In this document: one piece after another, positions 48,351 through 57,103 of the stretch | How positions within the stretch are numbered: the stretch's first letter is position 1 | Layout: the number at the start of each line of letters is the position of its first letter | DNA from: an uncultured Flavobacteriales bacterium | GTDB lineage: Bacteria; Bacteroidota; Bacteroidia; Flavobacteriales; BACL11 | Reading direction: 5' to 3' | Assembly: GCA_905478185.1 (NCBI GenBank) | Contig: CAJQHO010000001.1 | Location: forward strand, 17,924 to 81,923 | DNA: 64,000 bases | Made by a program: the position numbers and the translations under genes | The notes under the pieces: model-generated | The model's database searches: none | What the model was told of the DNA's origin: nothing | Seen by the model: only the letters and a program-made list of their open reading frames with translations

Positions 48351-48854
48351 TTATTCAATAACAGACATTAATTCAGCTGTCCATTTAGCAAGAGTGTATT
48401 CATTATCTACTTTTACTGTATTTAAATTCATGCGATTTCCAGCCTCAATATCAGAATCTGAATCCCCAATTAAATAAGAGTTCTGACGATCTATCTCAGG
48501 AAAATCAGCAATTGCCTGATTAATCATTCCCGGGTTTGGCTTTCTGCAATTGCAATTTTCAGTATCTAAATGTGGACAAAAATATATTTTGTCAATTTTT
48601 CCATTTAATTTTCCAATTTCGGAAGTCATAAAACTATGCAATAAATTCAAATCATCTTCTGTCATTATACCCTTACCTATTGCCTGTTGATTTGTGACAA
48701 TTAAAATCCTTTTAAATAGTTTCGAAAGTTTTGAGATAGCAACTAATGCTCCTTGCATAAATTCAAATTCTTTAGAATTACTAACATATCTTGCTTCTAG
48801 TTTTACATTTATAACGCCATCTCTATCCAAAAAAAGGGTGTCTAAACTATGCAT
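48351..48854 (-). CDS. gmhB: D-glycero-D-manno-heptose 1,7-bisphosphate phosphatase GmhB (HAD-IIIA)
   Basis: LFLDRDGVIN (HAD motif I), VTNQQAIGKG, the Zn-site/loop CPHLDTENCNCRKPNPGM and GDSDSD. Confidence 0.8.
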   Translation of the reverse strand: MHSLDTLFLDRDGVINVKLEARYVSNSKEFEFMQGALVAISKLSKLFKRILIVTNQQAIGKGIMTEDDLNLLHSFMTSEIGKLNGKIDKIYFCPHLDTENCNCRKPNPGMINQAIADFPEIDRQNSYLIGDSDSDIEAGNRMNLNTVKVDNEYTLAKWTAELMSVIE

Positions 48855-49452
48855 TAGGAAACATTTCTTCTTCTATAAGCTGACAAATAATATGCCCAAC
48901 TAAAATATGAGCTTCTTGAATTCTAGGTGTGTCATCAGAAGGAACTTGTATCATTATATCGCAAATCTCTTTCATTTTTCCTCCTTTACATCCTGTAAAA
49001 CCAACTGTTACCATTCCAATTTCTTTAGCATTATGCATTGCTTTAACTACATTTGGAGAATTCCCAGAAGTAGAAATTCCAACTAAAACATCTCCTTTTC
49101 TTCCAGATGCTTCAACCATTCTCGCATAAGTTTCGTCATAACCATAATCATTAGCAACAGCAGTCATGTATGACGAGTTTACGTGCAAGGCTTCTGCATA
49201 TAAAGGAGGTCTATCCTTATAAAACCTACCACTAAGTTCAGACGCAATGTGCTGAGCATCACTAGCACTCCCACCATTTCCACAGAAAAGCATCTTTTTA
49301 TCATTCTTAAAAGCCTTAATACTATTAGTTACAATTCTTTCAATATTAATTTGAAGATTAGAATCATTCAAAACTCTAGTGTGATTTTCTACAGAACTTT
49401 TAATTCTACTTTTAATTCTACTTTTAATTCTACTTTTAATTCTACTTTTCAT
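48847..49452 (-). CDS. gmhA: Phosphoheptose (sedoheptulose-7-phosphate) isomerase GmhA with a repetitive N-terminus
   Basis: SIS domain motifs CGNGGSASDAQHIASEL and GISTSGNSPNV. The N-terminus is MKSRIKSRIKSRIKSRIKSS. 8-nt overlap with gmhB. Confidence 0.85.
   Translation of the reverse strand: MKSRIKSRIKSRIKSRIKSSVENHTRVLNDSNLQINIERIVTNSIKAFKNDKKMLFCGNGGSASDAQHIASELSGRFYKDRPPLYAEALHVNSSYMTAVANDYGYDETYARMVEASGRKGDVLVGISTSGNSPNVVKAMHNAKEIGMVTVGFTGCKGGKMKEICDIMIQVPSDDTPRIQEAHILVGHIICQLIEEEMFPNA
49396..49449 (-). repeat. Perfect 12-bp tandem repeat (AAAAGTAGAATT x4 plus a partial AAAAGT) directly after the gmhA ATG
   Basis: Read directly on the plus strand: aattctactttt occurs four times head-to-tail at 49402-49449, preceded by actttt at 49396-49401. 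It is in frame and encodes (KSRI)x4-KS. Confidence 0.95.
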
Positions 49453-49479
49453 ATTTATGATTTTGGTAAAAATACAAAA

Positions 49480-50625
49480 TTAAAGAGTTTCATATGCTAA
49501 CTTTGTAAGTCTGCCTATTTCATCCCATCCATATTTTGTATTTATTAATTCTATTCCTTTCTTTCTAACTATTTCTAAATTCTTTTTATCAGCCAAAATC
49601 TCAATTAATTTATCAGATAAATCATTTGAATTTTCTGTCTCAAATAAAAACCCATTTTCATTATCAGAAATCACCTCCATTAAAGGAGGTAAATTAGATA
49701 CAATAGCTGGCCTTTCATAACTAAGAGTCATCATTAAAACTCCACTTTGATAAATCTTTTTATAAGGCAACACAACTAAATCTGATGCACAATAATAATG
49801 CTCAACAACCTCATGGGGTATAAACTTAGCATGAAGAATAATATGTTTAGAGAGATTATTTCTATCTATTATCTTTTGATATTCATCAAAGTCATTTTCC
49901 CAAGGCTTTCCAGCAATAAGCAATACAATATCAGAATTTGTATCTACAACTTTTTTAAATGCTTCTAAAAGTATTTCAAGGCCTTTTACTTTTTTAATCA
50001 TACCAAAAAAGAGCAATATTGTCTTATCCTTTGGTAAATTTAATTTTTCTTTTGAATTATTTTTATCATTCTGAATAGAAATAAATGGAGTGTAATTTCC
50101 ATGCGGAATAATGTAAATGTTGCTAGATGATATAGAAGTTACTTTAATGATCTCATTTTTACTAAATGCATTATGAGTCAACACTATATCAGTTAAATTA
50201 TAAATAAACTTTGAAATAATTGTTGATTCGTTTTCATCAGCAAATGAAGTAACATCATGAACTGTAAGTACAACTTTACCAAAAAGAAGCTTAACTAAAA
50301 GAAGATTAAACAATATCAAAATATTTGTATAAAAAATATGGAAATGGAAAACTGAGGTACCTTGCAGCCTTGCGTGAAGTACAGACTTTAAAGTTCCAAC
50401 TACCCACCTTAAACCACTTATCCATTTATACTTAGAGGAAAACAAATTATTATAAAAGGAATAGAAATGAACTCCTTTTACATGAGGATTTTCAGTCTCA
50501 TTATTAGCATACAAACTAAGCTGAACTCCAGCATTAGACAATCCAATACACTGTCCAAAAGTATAAAAATGGAAAGAACCTCCATGAGCTCCAAGAGTAT
50601 CAATAATCGCTACTTTTCTTTTCAT
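49480..50625 (-). CDS. Glycosyltransferase, GT4 family (GT-B fold)
   Basis: 381 aa. C-terminal EX7E-type region (SYERPAIVSNLPPLMEVISDNENGFLFE) and general GT4 layout. Confidence 0.8.
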   Translation of the reverse strand: MKRKVAIIDTLGAHGGSFHFYTFGQCIGLSNAGVQLSLYANNETENPHVKGVHFYSFYNNLFSSKYKWISGLRWVVGTLKSVLHARLQGTSVFHFHIFYTNILILFNLLLVKLLFGKVVLTVHDVTSFADENESTIISKFIYNLTDIVLTHNAFSKNEIIKVTSISSSNIYIIPHGNYTPFISIQNDKNNSKEKLNLPKDKTILLFFGMIKKVKGLEILLEAFKKVVDTNSDIVLLIAGKPWENDFDEYQKIIDRNNLSKHIILHAKFIPHEVVEHYYCASDLVVLPYKKIYQSGVLMMTLSYERPAIVSNLPPLMEVISDNENGFLFETENSNDLSDKLIEILADKKNLEIVRKKGIELINTKYGWDEIGRLTKLAYETL

Positions 50626-51536
50626 TATTTCATTAAAATACCTTCAAAATAAGATCTATTAATTAACCACCAAGTAGAGAGATTTTTCCTGATTTGAGAA
50701 TTAATCACAAATTTAATATTGTTTTTAAAAAACAACCAAAAAATAAAGAAAAATGAAAAAACACCTCCTATTTGTTTTAAAAAATACACATGGTTTCTTG
50801 TATTCTGTTTAATAAAGAAATCACCTCTATAGGTTCTTTCTTTTTGCTTGTCAAATGATTTTGTTAAACTTCCAACTTTATGATAAAATTCGACATCAGG
50901 ATAATAAAACATTTTATGTCGACTATTCTTCCAGACTCTGTAAGAGAAATCTGTATCGTCAAAATAGACAAAATACTTTTCATTCATTAGGCCAACATCA
51001 TTAAATACTTCTTTTTTGGCTAATAAACAGCAAGTTGGAGCATACTCTACCTCAACAGTTTCATCATATCTTCCCTTATCCAATTCACCCATTCCTCTAT
51101 GTAAAGGCAAATACCCTTTACTTTTATCAAACCAGCTCCCAGCATACCAAATATGATTAGGATTATCAAAATACATCATTTTAGGACTTACCAAACTACA
51201 ACATTTATCTTCTTGTACTTTTAAAAGTTTTTCAATTAAAGTTGTCTCAAATTCTACATCATTATTAATAATTAGAATTTGATTACATCCATCATCAATA
51301 GCCTTTTTAATTCCTTGATTATTTGCTTTTGCAACACCAAAATTTGTTTCATTTTTTGAAACAACTAATCTAGAATCTTTATCATTTCTTAAGATATCTA
51401 AAGTTGTATCAGTTGATAAATTATCAACTACATAAAGCGTTAAATTTTCATGCGTTTGATTCCACACACTATCCAAAAATGGTTGTAAAACATCAGCAGA
51501 ATTATATGTAATAGTTACTAATCCTACTTTATCCAT
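50625..51536 (-). CDS. Glycosyltransferase, GT2 family (GT-A fold)
   Basis: 303 aa. N-terminal VTITYNS...FLDSVWNQT, VVDNLSTD and ILIINNDVEF motifs are typical of GT2 (rhamnosyltransferase-like) enzymes. Confidence 0.85.
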   Translation of the reverse strand: MDKVGLVTITYNSADVLQPFLDSVWNQTHENLTLYVVDNLSTDTTLDILRNDKDSRLVVSKNETNFGVAKANNQGIKKAIDDGCNQILIINNDVEFETTLIEKLLKVQEDKCCSLVSPKMMYFDNPNHIWYAGSWFDKSKGYLPLHRGMGELDKGRYDETVEVEYAPTCCLLAKKEVFNDVGLMNEKYFVYFDDTDFSYRVWKNSRHKMFYYPDVEFYHKVGSLTKSFDKQKERTYRGDFFIKQNTRNHVYFLKQIGGVFSFFFIFWLFFKNNIKFVINSQIRKNLSTWWLINRSYFEGILMK

Positions 51537-52390
51537 TTTGTATAATCTTTATTCAACAACTCACTCAGCTCATACACATCTTTCTCAAAATGCTTTTTCA
51601 AAAAATGTCTTGTTTCAACTTTCATTATTGGTTTCTTGTCACTTTTAAACAAAAAATTACGAGTACTTTTAATCATTTCTTTCGAAAAAATTGAAGTTAA
51701 CAGATTCCGCAAAGGAACAAAAGAATAAATATATCTGATAATTCTATTTTTAGGCATTGAATATGTATTATGCTTCTTGTTTAAGTTTGGCTGAAAATCA
51801 TCATTAACCCCTAAAAAGAAATAAGTCTTATTTACAACCCCCGCTACATCTTTTTTAAAATCTTCATAATCAATCAACAAAATATTCTCACGATTAAACA
51901 CATTCAAATACCTTTTTAACTGATTAGTATACTCCCCTACTTGAATGTATTGTTGGTAAAATAAATTTGCATATTTATGATTAGATTTTTTCTTTACAAT
52001 ATCCTCAAAACTTTCGGAAACTAAACCTAATCTATAATCCATTAAATAATGTGAAAATGCTCTGTCTATTGGATTTCTAAGCATTATAATAATTTTAGAA
52101 TCAGGATTATATTTCTTAATCTTATTAGGCACATCATCATAAAAGAAATAAGAAACACTCCCTTCTCCTCTTAATTTAGCTTGAGGGTTTACAAATAGGT
52201 TATTGTACTTATCTAAAGTATCAATTCTATTTTTACCATAATACATTCCTTGCTCATGCAAAGCATCATCAGAAAAATAATCAGGCTCTTTTTGGGAGCT
52301 CATCTCAACTTCAAGATGCTCGTTAAGATAATGGTACAAAGATGTTGTTCCTGCTTTTGGAGCTCCAACTATAAAAAAATCTACTTTCAT
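51524..52390 (-). CDS. PAPS-dependent sulfotransferase (ST1; Sulfotransfer_1-like)
   Basis: 288 aa. 5'-PSB loop GAPKAGTTSL at the extreme N-terminus and 3'-PB motif MLRNPIDRAFSHY. No signal peptide. Confidence 0.85.
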   Translation of the reverse strand: MKVDFFIVGAPKAGTTSLYHYLNEHLEVEMSSQKEPDYFSDDALHEQGMYYGKNRIDTLDKYNNLFVNPQAKLRGEGSVSYFFYDDVPNKIKKYNPDSKIIIMLRNPIDRAFSHYLMDYRLGLVSESFEDIVKKKSNHKYANLFYQQYIQVGEYTNQLKRYLNVFNRENILLIDYEDFKKDVAGVVNKTYFFLGVNDDFQPNLNKKHNTYSMPKNRIIRYIYSFVPLRNLLTSIFSKEMIKSTRNFLFKSDKKPIMKVETRHFLKKHFEKDVYELSELLNKDYTKWIK

Positions 52391-53395
52391 TTAAAAAAAC
52401 CTTTTTTTAATAACCTCAACCACATTCCCGAGTCTATGATAATTCAAAACAAAAGCTAAGCCTAATTTGAATGGGAAGGAGATGAAATGCAAAACTACCA
52501 TAATTGGAGGGAAAGTGAAAGTTTCCTTCTCGTATCCAAATTCATCCATCATATTAGAAGATAAATTTTGAGACAAATAAATTTCAGAGCTTGTCAGCCC
52601 GCCCTTCTTCCATTTACTAATTTTGGAGCTATCAATAACTAATTCAGATTTTGAATCATTTTCTGTTGAAGAACCAATAACCGGAACTTTCAACATATTT
52701 TCTTGAAAATCAATTTCTAAAAATTTACAAATCTCAGGCACTTGAATTCTTGAATCAAATAACAAATCTTCAAACTTTACAATTTTCACTCTAGAATTAC
52801 TTCTAAATTTAGAGGTCTGATATAATGAAGAATTCCAAACCTTAGCCGTTAATATTGGATGATAATTTACAAATGAGCGAATAGCTTCTATCATAGGTAT
52901 TGATTTAGCACCAAGAAATCTTCTTTTCCATTTGTTCTTTTGCGAAAGTAAAACATCTCTTTGGTCTCTTACCAAATTTATAACTTTTGCATCAGGAAAG
53001 AAATCTAAAATTTCCTCTAAATAATATAGGTTTTTAGGTGTTTGTTCACAAGAAATTGAACTGCCATTTTCTTTTGATATTGTTGCAAAAAATAATTCAT
53101 AAATTTTTAAAGGAGAAGAAATATCTTCTGCTAAAATTTTCTCTGATTTTCCTTTAAATTCTATAAAATTATTTTGATTGAATATCCCTCTCTCTTGTAT
53201 GCAAAATAATCTAGAGAGTAAATGTACTTGTTCTGCTCTGTTTAATTTTTTGTCGCTATTATTTGTCCAAATAGTCCCAAAAAAATGCAACTCTTTAAAA
53301 GTAAAAACATCAGAATGATTACCTAAAATACGTCCCATCATAGTAGTGCCACTTCTACTACTACCTACAATAAATATTTGTTTTGCTTTACTCAT
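52391..53395 (-). CDS. Sulfotransferase, divergent type (ST2; Sulfotransfer_3-like) with a hydrophobic C-terminal tail
   Basis: 334 aa. P-loop-like GSSRSGTTMM and LVRDQRDVLLSQ motifs. The C-terminus FPPIMVVLHFISFPFKLGLAFVLNY looks like a membrane-associating helix. Confidence 0.7.
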   Translation of the reverse strand: MSKAKQIFIVGSSRSGTTMMGRILGNHSDVFTFKELHFFGTIWTNNSDKKLNRAEQVHLLSRLFCIQERGIFNQNNFIEFKGKSEKILAEDISSPLKIYELFFATISKENGSSISCEQTPKNLYYLEEILDFFPDAKVINLVRDQRDVLLSQKNKWKRRFLGAKSIPMIEAIRSFVNYHPILTAKVWNSSLYQTSKFRSNSRVKIVKFEDLLFDSRIQVPEICKFLEIDFQENMLKVPVIGSSTENDSKSELVIDSSKISKWKKGGLTSSEIYLSQNLSSNMMDEFGYEKETFTFPPIMVVLHFISFPFKLGLAFVLNYHRLGNVVEVIKKRFF

Positions 53396-54726
53396 TAATC
53401 AATAATAAACTCTAATTGCAACTGCCCCTTAACATCAGCTTTATCAAATAAATTGGGGCTCTCATACTTTATTGATGCAACTGAACCTTTCTGAGAAAAA
53501 TCATCACAAATAATAACTTTAAATTTCCAATCAATCTTATAGTTTAAAATTTGATTATTCACTATATCAAAACATTGATACTCAAATAGCTCTTTATTCT
53601 TTATCCTCTCTATTCTTACAACATCATTTTCAAAAATTTTCCCTAACATTAAAAAAGGATAATATGTACTATGAATATGGATTTTATCTTTTTCATTTCT
53701 AAAAATTGAGCCAGTAAAATCTCTACCACCCAAATTATGGTAAGTAGTCAACTCAATAGCTGCTAATTCAGGATTACTTAACACCTCCAGCACATATTGC
53801 GAAACAAATAGGGATTGAAACAATGTATTAGCTGTTGTTTTAGACATCTGCAAATTCCATTCTGTGACCCAAATTGGTTTATCAAAAATATTTACATATT
53901 CCTGCACTTCTTTTGGGTAATCATCTTCTATATACTTTAATGCTCTAGCTTTATATAACTCAAAAGCCTTCTGTTTCCCTCCTTCATTTTCTTCTGAAAT
54001 CATTTGTCCGTACTCATCATCCCCTTTAATAACCTTTGAATAGGAATGAATAACAATAGCATCATAGAAATCTTCAGCTGCTAATTTACTATTCCAAACA
54101 TTATGTCTATGTCCCATCCTTTTTCCTAATGGTGCTGCAACAATAGCTGTTTTTATATCTGGGTATAGCAATTTCACTTTAGCTGAAACTACTTTAGCTG
54201 AGTACAAATAATCATCAATTGTATATCCATTTTTATAATAACTTCTGTTTGAAAGTTCAGTCCCTAACTCAACACCTATTACTTCAATATCATTTTTATC
54301 TAACTTACTTATCATATTTAATATGTCATCATTATTAATAAACATATTAGCTACTAAAATAGCTTTTGAATTTGTAGCTTTTGCTAATACAATAAAATCT
54401 TCAATATAGTCATATTCTTGATTCTTTTTTGTTCTATAATTTTCGAGACCTCTAGATCTTTTAGGGAATTTTCCTGAGTGGTAATTATCTATCTCTTCAA
54501 AATCAAATCCATACCCTTTGCCACCAAAATGATAGAAATTTCCTACAGCTCCACCCGGAAATCTTAATACTTTTGGATTTAACTCTTTTACTTTATCAAT
54601 AAATGATGGATCATTAACATCACAGTAGGTAAAAGTATTAGAAGTAGCAAATCCTAAAACATTCTCTCTTACTTCCTGTGCAATTGAGTTTAAGCCAAAT
54701 AAAAAAAAAAATAATATTAATCTCAT
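53395..54726 (-). CDS. Secreted glycoside-hydrolase-like (beta/alpha)8-barrel protein (clan GH-A-like)
   Basis: 443 aa with the signal peptide MRLILFFFLFGLNSIAQE. LRFPGG, VIGVELGTE (candidate acid/base) and IWVTEWN (candidate nucleophile) resemble clan GH-A families. The family was not determined. Confidence 0.5.
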   Translation of the reverse strand: MRLILFFFLFGLNSIAQEVRENVLGFATSNTFTYCDVNDPSFIDKVKELNPKVLRFPGGAVGNFYHFGGKGYGFDFEEIDNYHSGKFPKRSRGLENYRTKKNQEYDYIEDFIVLAKATNSKAILVANMFINNDDILNMISKLDKNDIEVIGVELGTELSNRSYYKNGYTIDDYLYSAKVVSAKVKLLYPDIKTAIVAAPLGKRMGHRHNVWNSKLAAEDFYDAIVIHSYSKVIKGDDEYGQMISEENEGGKQKAFELYKARALKYIEDDYPKEVQEYVNIFDKPIWVTEWNLQMSKTTANTLFQSLFVSQYVLEVLSNPELAAIELTTYHNLGGRDFTGSIFRNEKDKIHIHSTYYPFLMLGKIFENDVVRIERIKNKELFEYQCFDIVNNQILNYKIDWKFKVIICDDFSQKGSVASIKYESPNLFDKADVKGQLQLEFIID

Positions 54727-55853
54727 TTTAGCAGCCCTTTATTTTTGAGTTCGTTTAAAGACTGTTTATACTTATCTTCTTTTACCTCTTGAGTTTTCAC
54801 CCAATCTGCAAACCTAGAAATCCCTGTTTGAAAATCAAATTTTGCCGTAAATCCAAGAAGATTTTTTATTTTATTTAAATCTGCATAATTATGTCTAATA
54901 TCACCTAATCTAAAACTACCATCAATTGAAATATTTGCATTGGAATTATACAAGCTCTTTAAAGAATTTGCAACTTGACTTACTGTTGTCGCTTCCCCAG
55001 AACCAACATTAAATATCTGATGGTTCGCTTCTTCTTTTTCTAAAGCAAGTATTGTAGCCTCTACTACATCATCAATAAATACAAAATCCCTACTCTCTTC
55101 ACCATCCTCATAAATATCAATATCATTCCCATTTAACATTCTTGTAGAGAAAATAGAAAGAATTCCAGTATATGGATTGCTTAATGATTGCCCTGGACCA
55201 TATACATTTTGATATCTGAGTGCAACTGCAGGAATCCCTAATGATTTCCCCATTAATAGTATCATTTGCTCTTGTTGCTGTTTTGTAATACCATAAATTG
55301 AAGATGGATGAATCTTTGAATTTTCATCTGTTGGCATTAAATCTAATTCACCTCCACAAACATCACAAAATAGATCAAATTTTCCTTTCATCATATTAGA
55401 TGCTATTCTGTCATTAGGATAAACTACACCATGATTCTCACATTTATATTTACCCTCCCCATAAATTGACCTTGATGATGCAATTATCAACTTCTTTACA
55501 GAGTTTTTATTATTAGCCAAGAAATCAAGTAAATGAGATGTTCCTAAAATGTTTACATCATTGTATCTAGAAATCTCATACATAGATTGTCCTGTTCCAG
55601 TCTCTGCAGCTAAATGAATAACAGCATCTTGTCCTTTTAAAGACTTTTTCCAATCTTCTTCATTACAAACGTCTCCTAAAATAAATGTAGAGATTTCTTT
55701 AATAGAATTATATAATTCTGATTTTTGATCTTTTCCATGGATTTGCTTTGATAGATTATCTAAAATAGTGATATTATAACCTTTAGATACTAGTTTTTTT
55801 GTAAGATTAGATCCAATAAATCCTGCCCCTCCTGAAATTAAAATATTCTTCAT
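54723..55853 (-). CDS. NAD-dependent epimerase/dehydratase (extended SDR) with a Cys/His insertion
   Basis: GGAGFIGSNL Rossmann motif and catalytic YGITK (YxxxK). About 35 extra residues between the catalytic Ser region and the Tyr contain C138-x2-H141...C163-x2-C166. Confidence 0.85.
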   Translation of the reverse strand: MKNILISGGAGFIGSNLTKKLVSKGYNITILDNLSKQIHGKDQKSELYNSIKEISTFILGDVCNEEDWKKSLKGQDAVIHLAAETGTGQSMYEISRYNDVNILGTSHLLDFLANNKNSVKKLIIASSRSIYGEGKYKCENHGVVYPNDRIASNMMKGKFDLFCDVCGGELDLMPTDENSKIHPSSIYGITKQQQEQMILLMGKSLGIPAVALRYQNVYGPGQSLSNPYTGILSIFSTRMLNGNDIDIYEDGEESRDFVFIDDVVEATILALEKEEANHQIFNVGSGEATTVSQVANSLKSLYNSNANISIDGSFRLGDIRHNYADLNKIKNLLGFTAKFDFQTGISRFADWVKTQEVKEDKYKQSLNELKNKGLLK

Positions 55854-57103
55854 GCTATGTTTTGTTTGTGTGATGTTATTCTATAAAATATCTGATGAAA
55901 ACCTGAAATTATAAATATTAAAAAAAATGGACGCAATAATAAAGGTTCAGACATTACTGAGATAAATAATATTATCATAAATAACCACTTTTTATGTTCT
56001 ATTATTTTTTGTTTAAAAAACATATATAATAGAAGTAAAGTAGTAGGAAATCCAGTTCCAGCAAGTAAAAACATAACAGAGTTACTGCTGCTTTTATCAG
56101 ACACTTCTATTGTTGAAGGTATTTCTATAAATGAATTTGATGAAATATAAAATTCCTTTCTAATGTTTTGAAATTGAAAAACATCTAGACCAATGCCAGT
56201 CAATGGATTCTCCATAGCAATAAAAACTGGTTGTGTTAAGTCAAAGACTCTTTTTTGAAAGGAAGTCTTTCTTTCACCTTGTATTTTGTTATCAATATTT
56301 ACACTAAAAATAAAATAAAATGGCACTAGCAATATAGCAATTACAGCTAAGATTAGTTTATTATTTTTTCTTTCTTCTGTAAGATAAACCAAAGCTTGAA
56401 TTAATAAAATAGCTAAACCTGTAGTTGAATAGGACGTTAAAATAACAAAAGAAATAAACAATAAGAAAAGTTTGCTTTTTTTAACTACAAACGCCTCCAA
56501 AAAGAATAAAATATTTAGAAACACTTGTAAAACACCAGGTTCCCAAAACAAACCCTGGTTTCTGCAAAACTCAAAACCTTGAAGATTTACAATGCTTCTT
56601 TCTGTAGTATAAAAGAATAAATTAAGAAAAGTCTCGCATTCATGAAAAGTGGAAGTAATTGTAGATAAATTATCACTTACAAAGAAGTAAAAAAGAAAGT
56701 TTAATGCCGAATGAAATGCTATCAACTTAAGAACAAAGTAAAGTGTTTTTAAAAATTGATTAATATTTCTATTATTCTTAAAGTGAAAAAAAGTTAAAAC
56801 GGATAACGCAACAGATAATAAATAAAATAAATATTTCTCTATAGTCTGTTCTGTAATTGCGAAAATAAAATTAATTATACCTACACAAATAATGGAAATT
56901 AGAACTAGAATTGACGAATAAACAAATGGTTTTTTAAATTTATTACCAAAAAATAAAATTGAAAAAATTAATACTCCAAAGAACAGAACCGACATAACAT
57001 TACGATTAAACACAAACAACAATCCACCTGTACTCATTATTAACATAAATACAATTAAATTATCAATCATTCTTTGTTTAACAGTATATATCATAAATCC
57101 CAA
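55850..57103 (-). CDS. Wzy-type polymerase / O-antigen ligase family membrane protein
   Basis: 417 aa with about 10-12 hydrophobic segments and no soluble-enzyme motifs. Supported by its position in a Wzx-containing glycan locus. Confidence 0.6.
   Translation of the reverse strand: MGFMIYTVKQRMIDNLIVFMLIMSTGGLLFVFNRNVMSVLFFGVLIFSILFFGNKFKKPFVYSSILVLISIICVGIINFIFAITEQTIEKYLFYLLSVALSVLTFFHFKNNRNINQFLKTLYFVLKLIAFHSALNFLFYFFVSDNLSTITSTFHECETFLNLFFYTTERSIVNLQGFEFCRNQGLFWEPGVLQVFLNILFFLEAFVVKKSKLFLLFISFVILTSYSTTGLAILLIQALVYLTEERKNNKLILAVIAILLVPFYFIFSVNIDNKIQGERKTSFQKRVFDLTQPVFIAMENPLTGIGLDVFQFQNIRKEFYISSNSFIEIPSTIEVSDKSSSNSVMFLLAGTGFPTTLLLLYMFFKQKIIEHKKWLFMIILFISVMSEPLLLRPFFLIFIISGFHQIFYRITSHKQNIA

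Noticed and set aside
49396-49449. A CRISPR-like or frameshifting phase-variation repeat
   Set aside because: The 12-bp units are contiguous with no spacers, so this is not CRISPR. The unit length is a multiple of three, so copy-number changes cannot cause on/off frameshifting. It is reported instead as an in-frame length-variable repeat.
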